Origin: Candidatus Kerfeldbacteria bacterium
GTDB taxonomy: Bacteria; Patescibacteriota; Patescibacteriia; SBBC01
Assembly (NCBI GenBank): GCA_016204585.1
Contig: JACQKH010000051.1
Span: 1 to 48,480, forward strand
Length of the DNA: 48,480 bases
Reading direction: 5' to 3'
In this document: one piece after another, positions 41,226 to 48,480 of the stretch
Position numbering within the stretch: the stretch's first letter is position 1
Layout: each line of letters starts with the position of its first letter
Notes under the pieces: generated by a model
Database searches by the model: none
Told to the model about the DNA's origin: nothing
What the model saw: the letters and a program-made list of their open reading frames with translations, nothing else
Made by a program: the position numbers and the translations under genes

Positions 41226-42455
41226 ATGTCGTATACCCCCACCCCCCAGGCCGAAGTCGTGAACCGACGCCCAGCGCCGGACCTGGAGGATGTGCTCGCC
41301 GAAATCAGCGAGCGCTTGTTTGTTCATGGGCAACTCGGCGAGATGAGTCTTCCGTCGGCGCTCCGGCTCGGACCAAAAACAACCGCCGCCATACAACAGC
41401 TCTTCACCACCCATCTGCCGTGGTTCTCCACGACCGACAAAGTTCGCTACCTGCTGGAAAGCCGGACGCTCCGGCCGTATCGTCACTACTGGGGACTGCT
41501 GGCCAACGTCTTCCCGCGGCCCCAAGCACAAATCATCTCCGATCTCCTCTCACATGCTCAACCGAAATTGAGGATCATCATGTTCCTTGGTCTCATACGT
41601 CGTGAAGATGCGGTCGGGGTGTTGTCAACATATTTTGATCAGTACTTCACATCTGGTTGGCGTGACCGTGGACTTGAATTATTTCTGCACGCTTTTGAAG
41701 ACGGTGTGGTTGTTCGACCGGACGTGGTCATGAATCGTTTTCAGGCTTGCGGTTCTTCCTTGGCAACCAGTGGCATTCGAGATTTACAAAAGTCAACGAC
41801 AAGCGGAAATTTTCTCAGGGACTTCCTCCACGGATACAATAAACTCCGTACAGCAGCGCAATGGAATCCAGCTGAAACCTCCCTGGTTCTCCAGAACAAG
41901 ATACCAACAAGAGAAAATCGAACAGATGCGTATCAATTCTTTGTTACACGTGCCCTTCTACGAACAAGTCACCTCGTGGCACACGATGTATGGTCAAACG
42001 CATGGCTGTCGTCCTTGCTGCAACATGTTGAGGATCCAATCGAAGGAAGATTCTTTGCTGCATACGCCGCTCTTTCGAAAGGGAACCTCCTCAATGACCA
42101 TACAGCGAAGAACATTCTCCAACCAGCGGTTCTTGCTGATGCTTGGAATACTGTTACCTTCAATCGTTTTTTGAATGAGACGATCGATGACGTTCATCGA
42201 AGATGGCACCGTAATCCATTCCGCCGAGCTTCTAACCTCTTGCGGTTTATGATCTACCTACGCACCCATCCATATCCGAACATTGTTCATGCTGTGCCTG
42301 CTGCTAAATTACGGATTCACAATCTCATTCGCTATTTCTGGCGACAAGAATCTCGATCCTCGAAAGCCGAGCGGGTCAGGTCGCTGCCGCTCGGGCACCT
42401 GGTAATCGGTTGGGTCGGACGACTGGAGCGTTACCTCCAGACTGCGACCTGGTAA
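41226..42455 (+). CDS. Hypothetical protein, 409 aa, predicted all-helical by eye
   Basis: Long ORF. ATG 41226 was chosen as the first ATG after the divergent promoter region. The opposite-strand ORFs look like antisense artefacts. I recognise no motif. Confidence 0.65.
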   Translation: MSYTPTPQAEVVNRRPAPDLEDVLAEISERLFVHGQLGEMSLPSALRLGPKTTAAIQQLFTTHLPWFSTTDKVRYLLESRTLRPYRHYWGLLANVFPRPQAQIISDLLSHAQPKLRIIMFLGLIRREDAVGVLSTYFDQYFTSGWRDRGLELFLHAFEDGVVVRPDVVMNRFQACGSSLATSGIRDLQKSTTSGNFLRDFLHGYNKLRTAAQWNPAETSLVLQNKIPTRENRTDAYQFFVTRALLRTSHLVAHDVWSNAWLSSLLQHVEDPIEGRFFAAYAALSKGNLLNDHTAKNILQPAVLADAWNTVTFNRFLNETIDDVHRRWHRNPFRRASNLLRFMIYLRTHPYPNIVHAVPAAKLRIHNLIRYFWRQESRSSKAERVRSLPLGHLVIGWVGRLERYLQTATW

Positions 42456-42507
42456 GCAGGCCGGTAACATTTTCCGGACCAACCGCCATCCGTGAATAAT
42501 CGGCGTT

Positions 42508-43671
42508 TTGATGTCGCCTGCGGAATGGTACAATAGACGAATGTCGCCCGGTGGTCGTCGTTTTCCGCCTGAACTCAAATACATCCTGCTGCTGTTTGTA
42601 GTTACGCGGCTTGTATTGACTATCGTCGGCGTTACCGCTCGCCAGGTCATGCCGCCGTCGGCCGACCGCGCCTTGGTATACAACTACACCCCGCATAACT
42701 GGCTCAACATTTGGACGGTCTACGACAGCAAATGGTACTTGGAAATCGCGCAGCAAGGATACCCGCACGGCCCGAACATCCCGGAAGAACCGCTCCATGC
42801 CTTCGCCTTCTTCCCACTCTATCCCCTGCTCACCAAAATTCTCAGCAGCATCATTGGCAATTTCTACCTGGCCGCGATTCTAATTGCCAACGCCGCGCTG
42901 ATTACCAGCGCCTGGTTTTTGTATAAGCTGGTATATACACAATTTGGCGAACCCGCGGCTAAACGTACTATCTTGTTTCTTTTTCTCTTTCCCACCAGCT
43001 TTATCTTCTCAGCCGTCTACACCGAATCGCTGTTCCTGCTGCTGACCCTGATGACGCTGTACTTTGCGCGGCGCGGACATTGGGTAATCGCCTCAACCTG
43101 CGGCCTGCTGGCCAGTCTGACGCGCTCACTCGGTATGTTCCTTGTTGTTCCGCTGGCGTACGAATACTGGCGCAGCCGAAAAAACGAATCGCGGCCGTTG
43201 CGTTGGAACGTGCTCACGCTTTTTCTGCCCATTCTCGGATTCCTGCTTTACGCCGCTGGTAACCGTCTGGCCACCGGCAGCTGGCTTACTTTTATTCAAG
43301 TCCAGACCGTCGTCCCCTGGAACCGGACCCTCGGCAATCCGATCTGGTTCATTGTTCAAGGACTGGCCAGCCACAGCGCAGTTCTTAAAACGTGGGCCGT
43401 CGTCGCCACGGTGTCGCTGGCCGCGCTCCTGGCTGGATGGCGGCGGCTGGGAACGACGCTGGCAATTACCGGCGCGCTCTTCATTATTGTTCCGCTGGCC
43501 ACTGGCCTCTTGAGCATGCTGCGCTTCACCGCCGTCGTTTTTCCGCTGTTCATTCTGCTCGGCTTAATGACAAAAAACAAGCTAGTTGCCATGGCTGTCG
43601 CCATTATTCTCATTCCCGCCCAAATAGTCCTAATGTCGCTGTGGACGAACGCGTACTATGTTATGATTTGA
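42508..43671 (+). CDS. PIG-V/GT76-like integral-membrane mannosyltransferase family protein
   Basis: YDSKWYLEIAQQGY ... AFFPLYPLL is the hallmark I associate with Mannosyl_trans2/PIG-V-like proteins. About 9-10 TM segments. Confidence 0.75.
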   Translation: MMSPAEWYNRRMSPGGRRFPPELKYILLLFVVTRLVLTIVGVTARQVMPPSADRALVYNYTPHNWLNIWTVYDSKWYLEIAQQGYPHGPNIPEEPLHAFAFFPLYPLLTKILSSIIGNFYLAAILIANAALITSAWFLYKLVYTQFGEPAAKRTILFLFLFPTSFIFSAVYTESLFLLLTLMTLYFARRGHWVIASTCGLLASLTRSLGMFLVVPLAYEYWRSRKNESRPLRWNVLTLFLPILGFLLYAAGNRLATGSWLTFIQVQTVVPWNRTLGNPIWFIVQGLASHSAVLKTWAVVATVSLAALLAGWRRLGTTLAITGALFIIVPLATGLLSMLRFTAVVFPLFILLGLMTKNKLVAMAVAIILIPAQIVLMSLWTNAYYVMI

Positions 43672-43743
43672 TTGAATAACCTGTCGATCCCAGAACACAG
43701 CTTGTTCCAATCGCCGATTAATCGGCTTACGACATCTTCTCAT

Positions 43744-43787
43744 CCCCTAACCCCCTAACACCTAAAACCTAATCCCTAACACCTACC
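43744..43787 (+). repeat. Six tandem 7-8-nt units ending in CCTAA/CCTAC
   Basis: CCTAA at 43746, 43754, 43761, 43768 and 43775, and CCTAC at 43782. The tract ends 3 nt before the ATG at 43790. Confidence 0.7.
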
Positions 43788-43789
43788 CA

Positions 43790-44317
43790 ATGTTTCTCAC
43801 CACTCACGCCGCGGCCGGCATTTTTTTGAGCCAGTACGTCAGTAATCCAACTGCCGTCTTCGGTTTGTCATTCGCCTCGCACTTTCTCCTCGATTTCATC
43901 CCCCACGGCGACGAGAATCTTTACCACGATCACGAATGGCGACACGAGCACCGCTACCGACAGGCGGTACTGATTAACCTGATTGACGTCACTACCCTGA
44001 CTATTCTCACCCTGTGGGCGATTCAACAGCAATCGACGCCCAGTAACCTCCTGGTCATCGCCATCCTCGGCAGCATTTTACCGGACTTCCTCAGCCATTT
44101 CTTCCCATTCATTCACCAGCGCTTGTCCTGGCTGGGCTTAGTGCGCTGGATTTATGCCGCCACCAAGCCGACCGGGTTTCGCTACATGGTCCGGTTCCAG
44201 AACTGGATCCATAATGCGCTCCATCATGAGTTAGTCCGGCGCGACGTACCGTTCGGCGTCGGTCTGGTAATCCAATTAACCATCGTCCTAGTGTTGCTGA
44301 CGATCGGGGTACGTTGA
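43790..44317 (+). CDS. YdjM/DUF457-like membrane-bound metal-dependent hydrolase
   Basis: HAAAG.....SHFLLDFIPHGDE plus further His-rich loops and 4-5 TM segments. Family call is from memory. Confidence 0.6.
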   Translation: MFLTTHAAAGIFLSQYVSNPTAVFGLSFASHFLLDFIPHGDENLYHDHEWRHEHRYRQAVLINLIDVTTLTILTLWAIQQQSTPSNLLVIAILGSILPDFLSHFFPFIHQRLSWLGLVRWIYAATKPTGFRYMVRFQNWIHNALHHELVRRDVPFGVGLVIQLTIVLVLLTIGVR

Positions 44318-44333
44318 TTATCCACAATCCCCC

Positions 44334-45005
44334 TCAGGGGGATTCGGTAAGCCGCAAAACGCTCGTATCCCAGGTGAACACCGTCGGTTTGACGTTGCCT
44401 GGGATGTTCCGGAAAGTGAGTTGCAGCGTGACCGCTCCTGGGGAACCGGACGGTTTACGAAACCAGGCCACCCCGAGAACGATGCGGTCGCTGTCGACCG
44501 GCGCGACCACCGGATCAAATCGCACAAACGGATACGGCGCGCTTCCGCCCGCCTGAAGTTCGAGGATGTCCTTGAACGGTAGATTCTGTTCCAGTGCTTC
44601 GTTTCGCTCCAGGTTGATGAGAAAAGGTATTAGCGTTGGATCAGAGTTGTGCTGTATCGCCAGCAAGGTTTGCGCTTGGATCGGCGAGCGTCCAGCATAG
44701 GCGATCAGCGAGGAGACCAGCGAGGGGAAGTAGTAGACTGCTTCGACCGCCGTGTTACCGGCGCGGCCGTCAAAACGATCGCCAAGCACGTAGAGTTGGT
44801 TAAAAAGGTCTCGCTGTTCATCAGCTGGGTATAAAACGTTCGTGTTGGAGGTGGCCCGAGTCGTTGGCGGGAGTGCCGTGGTGGTACGCCGTAAGATGTA
44901 AACCAAACCGACGACGGCGATGGCGGACATTGATGTGTAAATCACAAGCCGGAACGGAGATGTTCTCCGTCCTGGAGGTTTCATCTTGCCAGGTTCTCTA
45001 TTCAA
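44334..45005 (-). CDS. Hypothetical N-terminally anchored extracytoplasmic protein, third gene of the BlaI/BlaR1 operon
   Basis: 223 aa. TM segment FRLVIYTSMSAIAVVGLVYIL. Its ATG lies 1 nt after the BlaR1-like stop. Confidence 0.7.
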   Translation of the reverse strand: MNREPGKMKPPGRRTSPFRLVIYTSMSAIAVVGLVYILRRTTTALPPTTRATSNTNVLYPADEQRDLFNQLYVLGDRFDGRAGNTAVEAVYYFPSLVSSLIAYAGRSPIQAQTLLAIQHNSDPTLIPFLINLERNEALEQNLPFKDILELQAGGSAPYPFVRFDPVVAPVDSDRIVLGVAWFRKPSGSPGAVTLQLTFRNIPGNVKPTVFTWDTSVLRLTESP

Positions 45006-45006
45006 C

Positions 45007-46008
45007 CTACTCGGAGCTCACCAACTCGATGTGGCTCATGGCCGGGACCCATGTCCGGATCGGCGCCGTACAGAGTTGCCGCATCTCCCGACATTGGCCG
45101 TTCGTCACCTGGTCAACTCGCGCGACCGCCGCGCTTACCCGAGCACTGGCTGAGCTCACGGCCGCGATGAATCCAAGACTAATCAGCACCATCACCAACA
45201 CCCAGCGCCGGCGCGGTCGGACAACTGCTTGACCGAGCAGCTGGTCAATTCGCCGTTCATTCGTTCCGAAAAACGTCACTGGCGCCGTCCCCATCCTCCG
45301 AGGCCAGCGGCTAATCGCCAGCAACTTTAACAGCGCGCTGCCCAGTCGGCGAAGCGAGCCGGAAGTTACGAGGACTGCTTCGTCGGCCGCCAGCTCAAGA
45401 CTATCCCGATACTCGCCAAGGACGCTTCTCATCCCGGGAATCCATCGCCAGGCCAGAGTCAAAACATCAACTAGAAAAATTCTGAGCGGGTCGCGCTGTA
45501 TCAAATGCTGTTGTTCATGCGTCATCACCGCCTGGAGCTCATCGCTATCAAGCGCGGTCAGGGTCTTACGCGAAATAAAAATGATGGGCTTCAAGAGTCC
45601 GGCACAGAACACTTCTGCCTCGTCTCCCTCGACTTGGCGAATCCGGTCAGTCAGGCCGAGTTCCCGGGCCATGTTCAGAAGCACTGGCGATGGCGAACGG
45701 ATAGCTTGATGAGAAACAAACCGCCTGGTCCGGCGGAGCAAGAGCAGCGTTCGCAAAAGCGTTACTAAAATGATCGCGCCGGATAGTGCCAACAGGGCGC
45801 TACCGTAAATGATGGCGCTGGTCTGCCCGGCCTGGGGTCCGAGTTGACAACCGCAGTCAAGCGAACTGGCCGACCCGAGCGTCACCAAGCGATTGACCAC
45901 TGGTGCGGTCCGAACGACCACGACGCCGGCCGCCACGACCAGCGCTGTCCCGAGGGTAACCAGCAGGATGAAAAGAAGACTGGTGTGACGACGGTGATTT
46001 CTGAGCAT
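45007..46008 (-). CDS. BlaR1/MecR1-type M56 zinc peptidase, short form without a penicillin-binding sensor domain
   Basis: HEXXH in MTHEQQHLIQRDPL; multiple TM segments. Start is ATG 46006-46008, 4 nt after the BlaI stop. 333 aa. Confidence 0.82.
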   Translation of the reverse strand: MLRNHRRHTSLLFILLVTLGTALVVAAGVVVVRTAPVVNRLVTLGSASSLDCGCQLGPQAGQTSAIIYGSALLALSGAIILVTLLRTLLLLRRTRRFVSHQAIRSPSPVLLNMARELGLTDRIRQVEGDEAEVFCAGLLKPIIFISRKTLTALDSDELQAVMTHEQQHLIQRDPLRIFLVDVLTLAWRWIPGMRSVLGEYRDSLELAADEAVLVTSGSLRRLGSALLKLLAISRWPRRMGTAPVTFFGTNERRIDQLLGQAVVRPRRRWVLVMVLISLGFIAAVSSASARVSAAVARVDQVTNGQCREMRQLCTAPIRTWVPAMSHIELVSSE

Positions 46009-46012
46009 CGCT

Positions 46013-46396
46013 TTAGTCGGCTCCTTCGCGCAGCTGGCGCCGGAGTTCCGCCAGCTTCTTCGGATCAACGTCATCGAGCACGTCAATGAACTGGGCAATC
46101 GCCACGTCGCCGAAGTACCGAACAAACTTCGCCACCGCCTGGCGCGAGCTTCGTTCGAGGAATTCTTTCTTCGATTTCGTCGCCGTGTAGCGGTAGCTTT
46201 GACCCTCCGGTTTCCGCCGCAGGACGCCCTTCTCTACCAGGCGGTTCATCACCGTCATCACCGTCGTATAGGCCGGCGCGCGGGTTGCGGCCAGCGCCTC
46301 GACCACTTCTCGAACCGTGACCGAATTCCGCGACCAGGTCACGTCCATGATCGCGCGCTCAAGCTCTCCGAGAATTGGCAGGCGTTGGTCAAACAT
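46013..46396 (-). CDS. BlaI/MecI/CopY family winged-helix repressor
   Basis: LGELERAIMDVTWSRNSVTVREVVEAL....YTTVMTVMNRLVEKGVLRR matches Penicillinase_R. Confidence 0.9.
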   Translation of the reverse strand: MFDQRLPILGELERAIMDVTWSRNSVTVREVVEALAATRAPAYTTVMTVMNRLVEKGVLRRKPEGQSYRYTATKSKKEFLERSSRQAVAKFVRYFGDVAIAQFIDVLDDVDPKKLAELRRQLREGAD

Positions 46397-46412
46397 AGGT
46401 AGAATAAACCTA

Positions 46413-46446
46413 CTACATAGTGTAGCAGGTCAAAAACATTTGGCAA
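46413..46446 (-). promoter_or_regulatory. Candidate promoter with a BlaI-type TACA/TGTA operator over the -10
   Basis: Minus strand reads TTGCCA (46441-46446), a 16-nt spacer, then TACACT (46419-46424). The perfect palindrome CTACA-TAG-TGTAG at 46413-46425 overlaps the -10. Confidence 0.55.
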
Positions 46447-46552
46447 GTGACCCTTCGACTTTGCTCAGGGTCATCCACAAGTTCGTGATTTATAAAAATT
46501 TTTGTTCTGTGACAGATGTATATGGTCATCCTGAGTTTTATCGAAGGATGAC

Positions 46553-46614
46553 TTTTGACATTTGACGCAATCGTTTATTTCTGGTCAAACGTCAACGGTC
46601 AAACGTCAAACGTT
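46553..46614. repeat. GTCAAAYG palindromic repeat element, copy 3
   Basis: TTTTGACATTTGACGC (46553-46568) faces GGTCAAAC GTCAACG GTCAAAC GTCAAAC GTT (46583-46614). It abuts the stop of the CAP-domain gene. Confidence 0.6.
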
Positions 46615-48111
46615 TTACGTCGTAATCATCACAATCGTCAAGCCGTACAGCAACAGCAGCGAGTACAGAATCACCGGTCGGTGCTGGATGCGGATTTTAA
46701 CCAGCACATTGATCGCCAGCGCCAAAAACACGAACAACCACAGGGTAATGAAGAATCCGCGAGAGAAGAACACCATCTTCGTCAAAAACTGAATGATGCC
46801 GCCCCGTTCCGGTTGAAGAACCGTAACGTTAAGCGAGGACAAGGAAGCGATCGGCACGACCGAAATGTTGTCAACAGCATCGCGCAGCTCAAAACCAACG
46901 GCCTCCGCGTCTTCTCCAACAATTGGTTCAATCCGGGCCATCAGCAGGCCTTCAGCCACCGGAACTTTCTCCCGCCTGCTACCGAGACTGACCGCCGCCT
47001 CATTAATGTCTTTTCCTTGAAGCGTGCCGCTGACCGTATAGCCTCGCTCATTGAAGTATGAAGGAAGGATGACCACCGACGCCACTGCGGCTGACGGCGG
47101 TTGTGTGTCAACGGTCAATACCAGCGGCTCACTTGGTTCGCTCTGGCCGCCCGTTCCGACAGCCACCGCCGTGATTTCGTGTCGACCGTCGGGAAAATCG
47201 TCTGACGGTTGCAGCCGGAAGTACCCCTTGTCATCAGCCACGGTCTCACCAGCTGATCGCGCATCTTGAAATAGCCGGATGGTGACGTTCGGTTGCGATT
47301 CTCCGCCGATCCATGGTCGGGCCGTCGCCAGCACGGCCGATGTAGACGGACTTGTCAGGTTCGGTCGCACCGGCGGCGGCACGTTCTGTTCCGTCGTCTG
47401 GCCGAGAACCGGCTTTGGTGATTCAACGGCCACGCTCGACGGTTTCGATTGAGCCGCCGGCTGGGGAGGCGTGACTTTCGCCACCTTGGTCGGGCGTTGC
47501 TTGGTTGGCACTGGCACGCCGAAAAATTGCACCACCACCGTGGAGGGCGCGCCGTTGAGCTTTCCGGCAACGACCGCCACCCCGATATCAACGTAGCGCG
47601 GACTTAGGAGATTCTTGCGGTGGCTGGGACTCTTTAACCACGCCTGGGTGACGTCTTCGGCCGTCAGGAAATCTAAGGCCAAGTTCTCCCCGGCGGCCAT
47701 GTATTTGTACCCGGCTTTGGTGATCCAAAACCACGGAGCCACGCCGGTTTGGCTGTAGTGCGCGAAGTATCCCTTCCTCAACATGTCGTTCCCCTTGAGC
47801 TGCGCCGCATTGTTGAGAAGCGCATTCGATTTCAAAGTGCTAAGACTGCTCGACTGGCGCGCTTGGTTAGTCAACCGCACAACATTACTCGGCGTCAGGT
47901 TCGAGGTGACCGACGGGCCGGGATAAACAAGCAAGGCGACGCTGACGATCACCTTAACCGCAATGACCGCGATGGCGTACGCGGTCAGGGCCTTGTGCCG
48001 CAAGGCATGCGGCCGATGGTCATTCCCCTCGTGCGGAATGAAAGCATTACGCAAATGGTGTTTCACCAAATGCGCATGGCGACGGACGTGATGTTTGAGG
48101 CGGTGAATCAT
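46615..48111 (-). CDS. Membrane protein with extracellular CAP/SCP/PR-1 domain and Ig-like domain
   Basis: His-rich N-terminus, TM segment, CAP motifs (YFAHYSQTGVAPW, GENLALDF, WLKSPSHRKNLL..YVDIGVAV), Pro-rich linker, Ig-like segment, C-terminal TM segments. Confidence 0.8.
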   Translation of the reverse strand: MIHRLKHHVRRHAHLVKHHLRNAFIPHEGNDHRPHALRHKALTAYAIAVIAVKVIVSVALLVYPGPSVTSNLTPSNVVRLTNQARQSSSLSTLKSNALLNNAAQLKGNDMLRKGYFAHYSQTGVAPWFWITKAGYKYMAAGENLALDFLTAEDVTQAWLKSPSHRKNLLSPRYVDIGVAVVAGKLNGAPSTVVVQFFGVPVPTKQRPTKVAKVTPPQPAAQSKPSSVAVESPKPVLGQTTEQNVPPPVRPNLTSPSTSAVLATARPWIGGESQPNVTIRLFQDARSAGETVADDKGYFRLQPSDDFPDGRHEITAVAVGTGGQSEPSEPLVLTVDTQPPSAAVASVVILPSYFNERGYTVSGTLQGKDINEAAVSLGSRREKVPVAEGLLMARIEPIVGEDAEAVGFELRDAVDNISVVPIASLSSLNVTVLQPERGGIIQFLTKMVFFSRGFFITLWLFVFLALAINVLVKIRIQHRPVILYSLLLLYGLTIVMITT

Positions 48112-48330
48112 TAACGTGAAGCTCCATGGCCTCAGCCCTCTCCGCCGAAGTAGCTTCGGCTACTAAGGCCGGGCGGCCGTGGTTTCTCTCGATTCGTGGT
48201 TCCGTGGAGCGGAACCCCGCACCGAGAGCCATTCATCCACGGGTTTACCCAGCACCAAAATCATGGTGCTGGGTTTACACCCGTGGCTTTCTGGTGCGTG
48301 GGTAAAATCAGCGTATCATAAAACAGGAAA

Positions 48331-48359
48331 GTGTAGCATGTACGCGACAAAAAGTCAAG
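48331..48359 (-). promoter_or_regulatory. Candidate promoter of the CAP-domain gene
   Basis: Minus strand reads TTGACT (48354-48359), a 17-nt spacer, then TACACT (48331-48336). This implies a leader of about 215 nt. Confidence 0.45.
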
Positions 48360-48480
48360 TGTGCGTACAGTTAACACCTAGCGCTGACAGTCGGGACATT
48401 CAAGGCTGACAGGTGTTAACTATGAGCATATGAACTCCATTACCTACCCCCAAGAGCTCCGTGGACGCTGGTACCTGTCC

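Noticed and set aside
48431-48480. ATG at 48431 opening a plus-strand frame (MNSITYPQELRGRWYLS...) that runs off the window.
   Set aside because: Only 16 codons are visible and there is no clear SD. That is too little to call a gene.
1-48480. Possibility of an alternative genetic code (UGA recoding, as in some CPR lineages).
   Set aside because: All recognisable genes are full-length and terminate normally under the standard code, several at TGA (for example the ATGA overlaps). There are no in-frame TGA-interrupted homologues.

Overview
This is a 48.5-kb, gene-dense bacterial chromosomal segment. It reads cleanly with the standard genetic code, and I saw no sign of stop-codon reassignment. 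All product calls come from motifs I recognised by eye; no searches were run.

Lineage (inference only): the gene content looks like a small-genome Patescibacteria/CPR-type organism. Supporting features are NrdR plus a B12-dependent class II RNR, FtsA/FtsZ without a recognisable FtsQ, a 1943-aa surface protein that starts with a VirB2/TrbC-like pilin hairpin, Asn-rich and thrombospondin-type-3-repeat envelope proteins, an O-antigen-ligase-TPR fusion, and a PIG-V-like membrane glycosyltransferase.

Layout:
- 451-19968, all minus strand: cobO, NUDIX, nrdJ, nrdR, ftsZ, an orphan gene, ftsA, dgkA, ybeY, three envelope/surface genes, yqeY, rpsU, HIT, hisS, lepB.
- About 20.0-20.5 kb: an anomalous tRNA-Val locus.
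- 20676-30890, mostly plus strand: LCP, pth, mfd, dprA, topA, a holin-4/YvlD-like gene.
- 31035-37143, minus strand: a six-gene operon of mostly tiny membrane proteins, O-antigen-ligase-TPR, parB, parA.
- 37.2-42.5 kb: a tRNA-rich, compositionally patchy accessory stretch. It holds tRNA-Leu plus a decayed copy, DinB-like, methyltransferase, a cytosolic BtuF-like B12-binding protein, SRPBCC, tRNA-Met, GIY-YIG, an atypical initiator tRNA, a 58-aa acidic protein and a 409-aa orphan.
- 42.5-48.1 kb: PIG-V-like glycosyltransferase, a YdjM-like gene, a BlaI / short-BlaR1 / partner operon, and a CAP-domain membrane protein.

Most unusual observations:
1. A complete tRNA-Val(CAC) gene sits exactly at position 37/38 of the anticodon loop of a second, otherwise perfect tRNA-Val(CAC). 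Fragments of a third copy bracket the whole locus.
2. The GC-rich hairpin arms that flank the nested tRNA recur downstream of nrdJ.
3. Two further families of intergenic palindromic repeats occur: GTCAAAYG heptads at three loci, and a TAGCTCGTTAG four-box element at two loci.
4. There is a six-gene operon of SD-led mini membrane proteins built around a double-anchored coiled-coil protein.
5. The initiator tRNA lacks G18G19 and position-55 T, and has no encoded CCA.

Several promoters share a TTGnnn-N16-18-TAYAMT layout.
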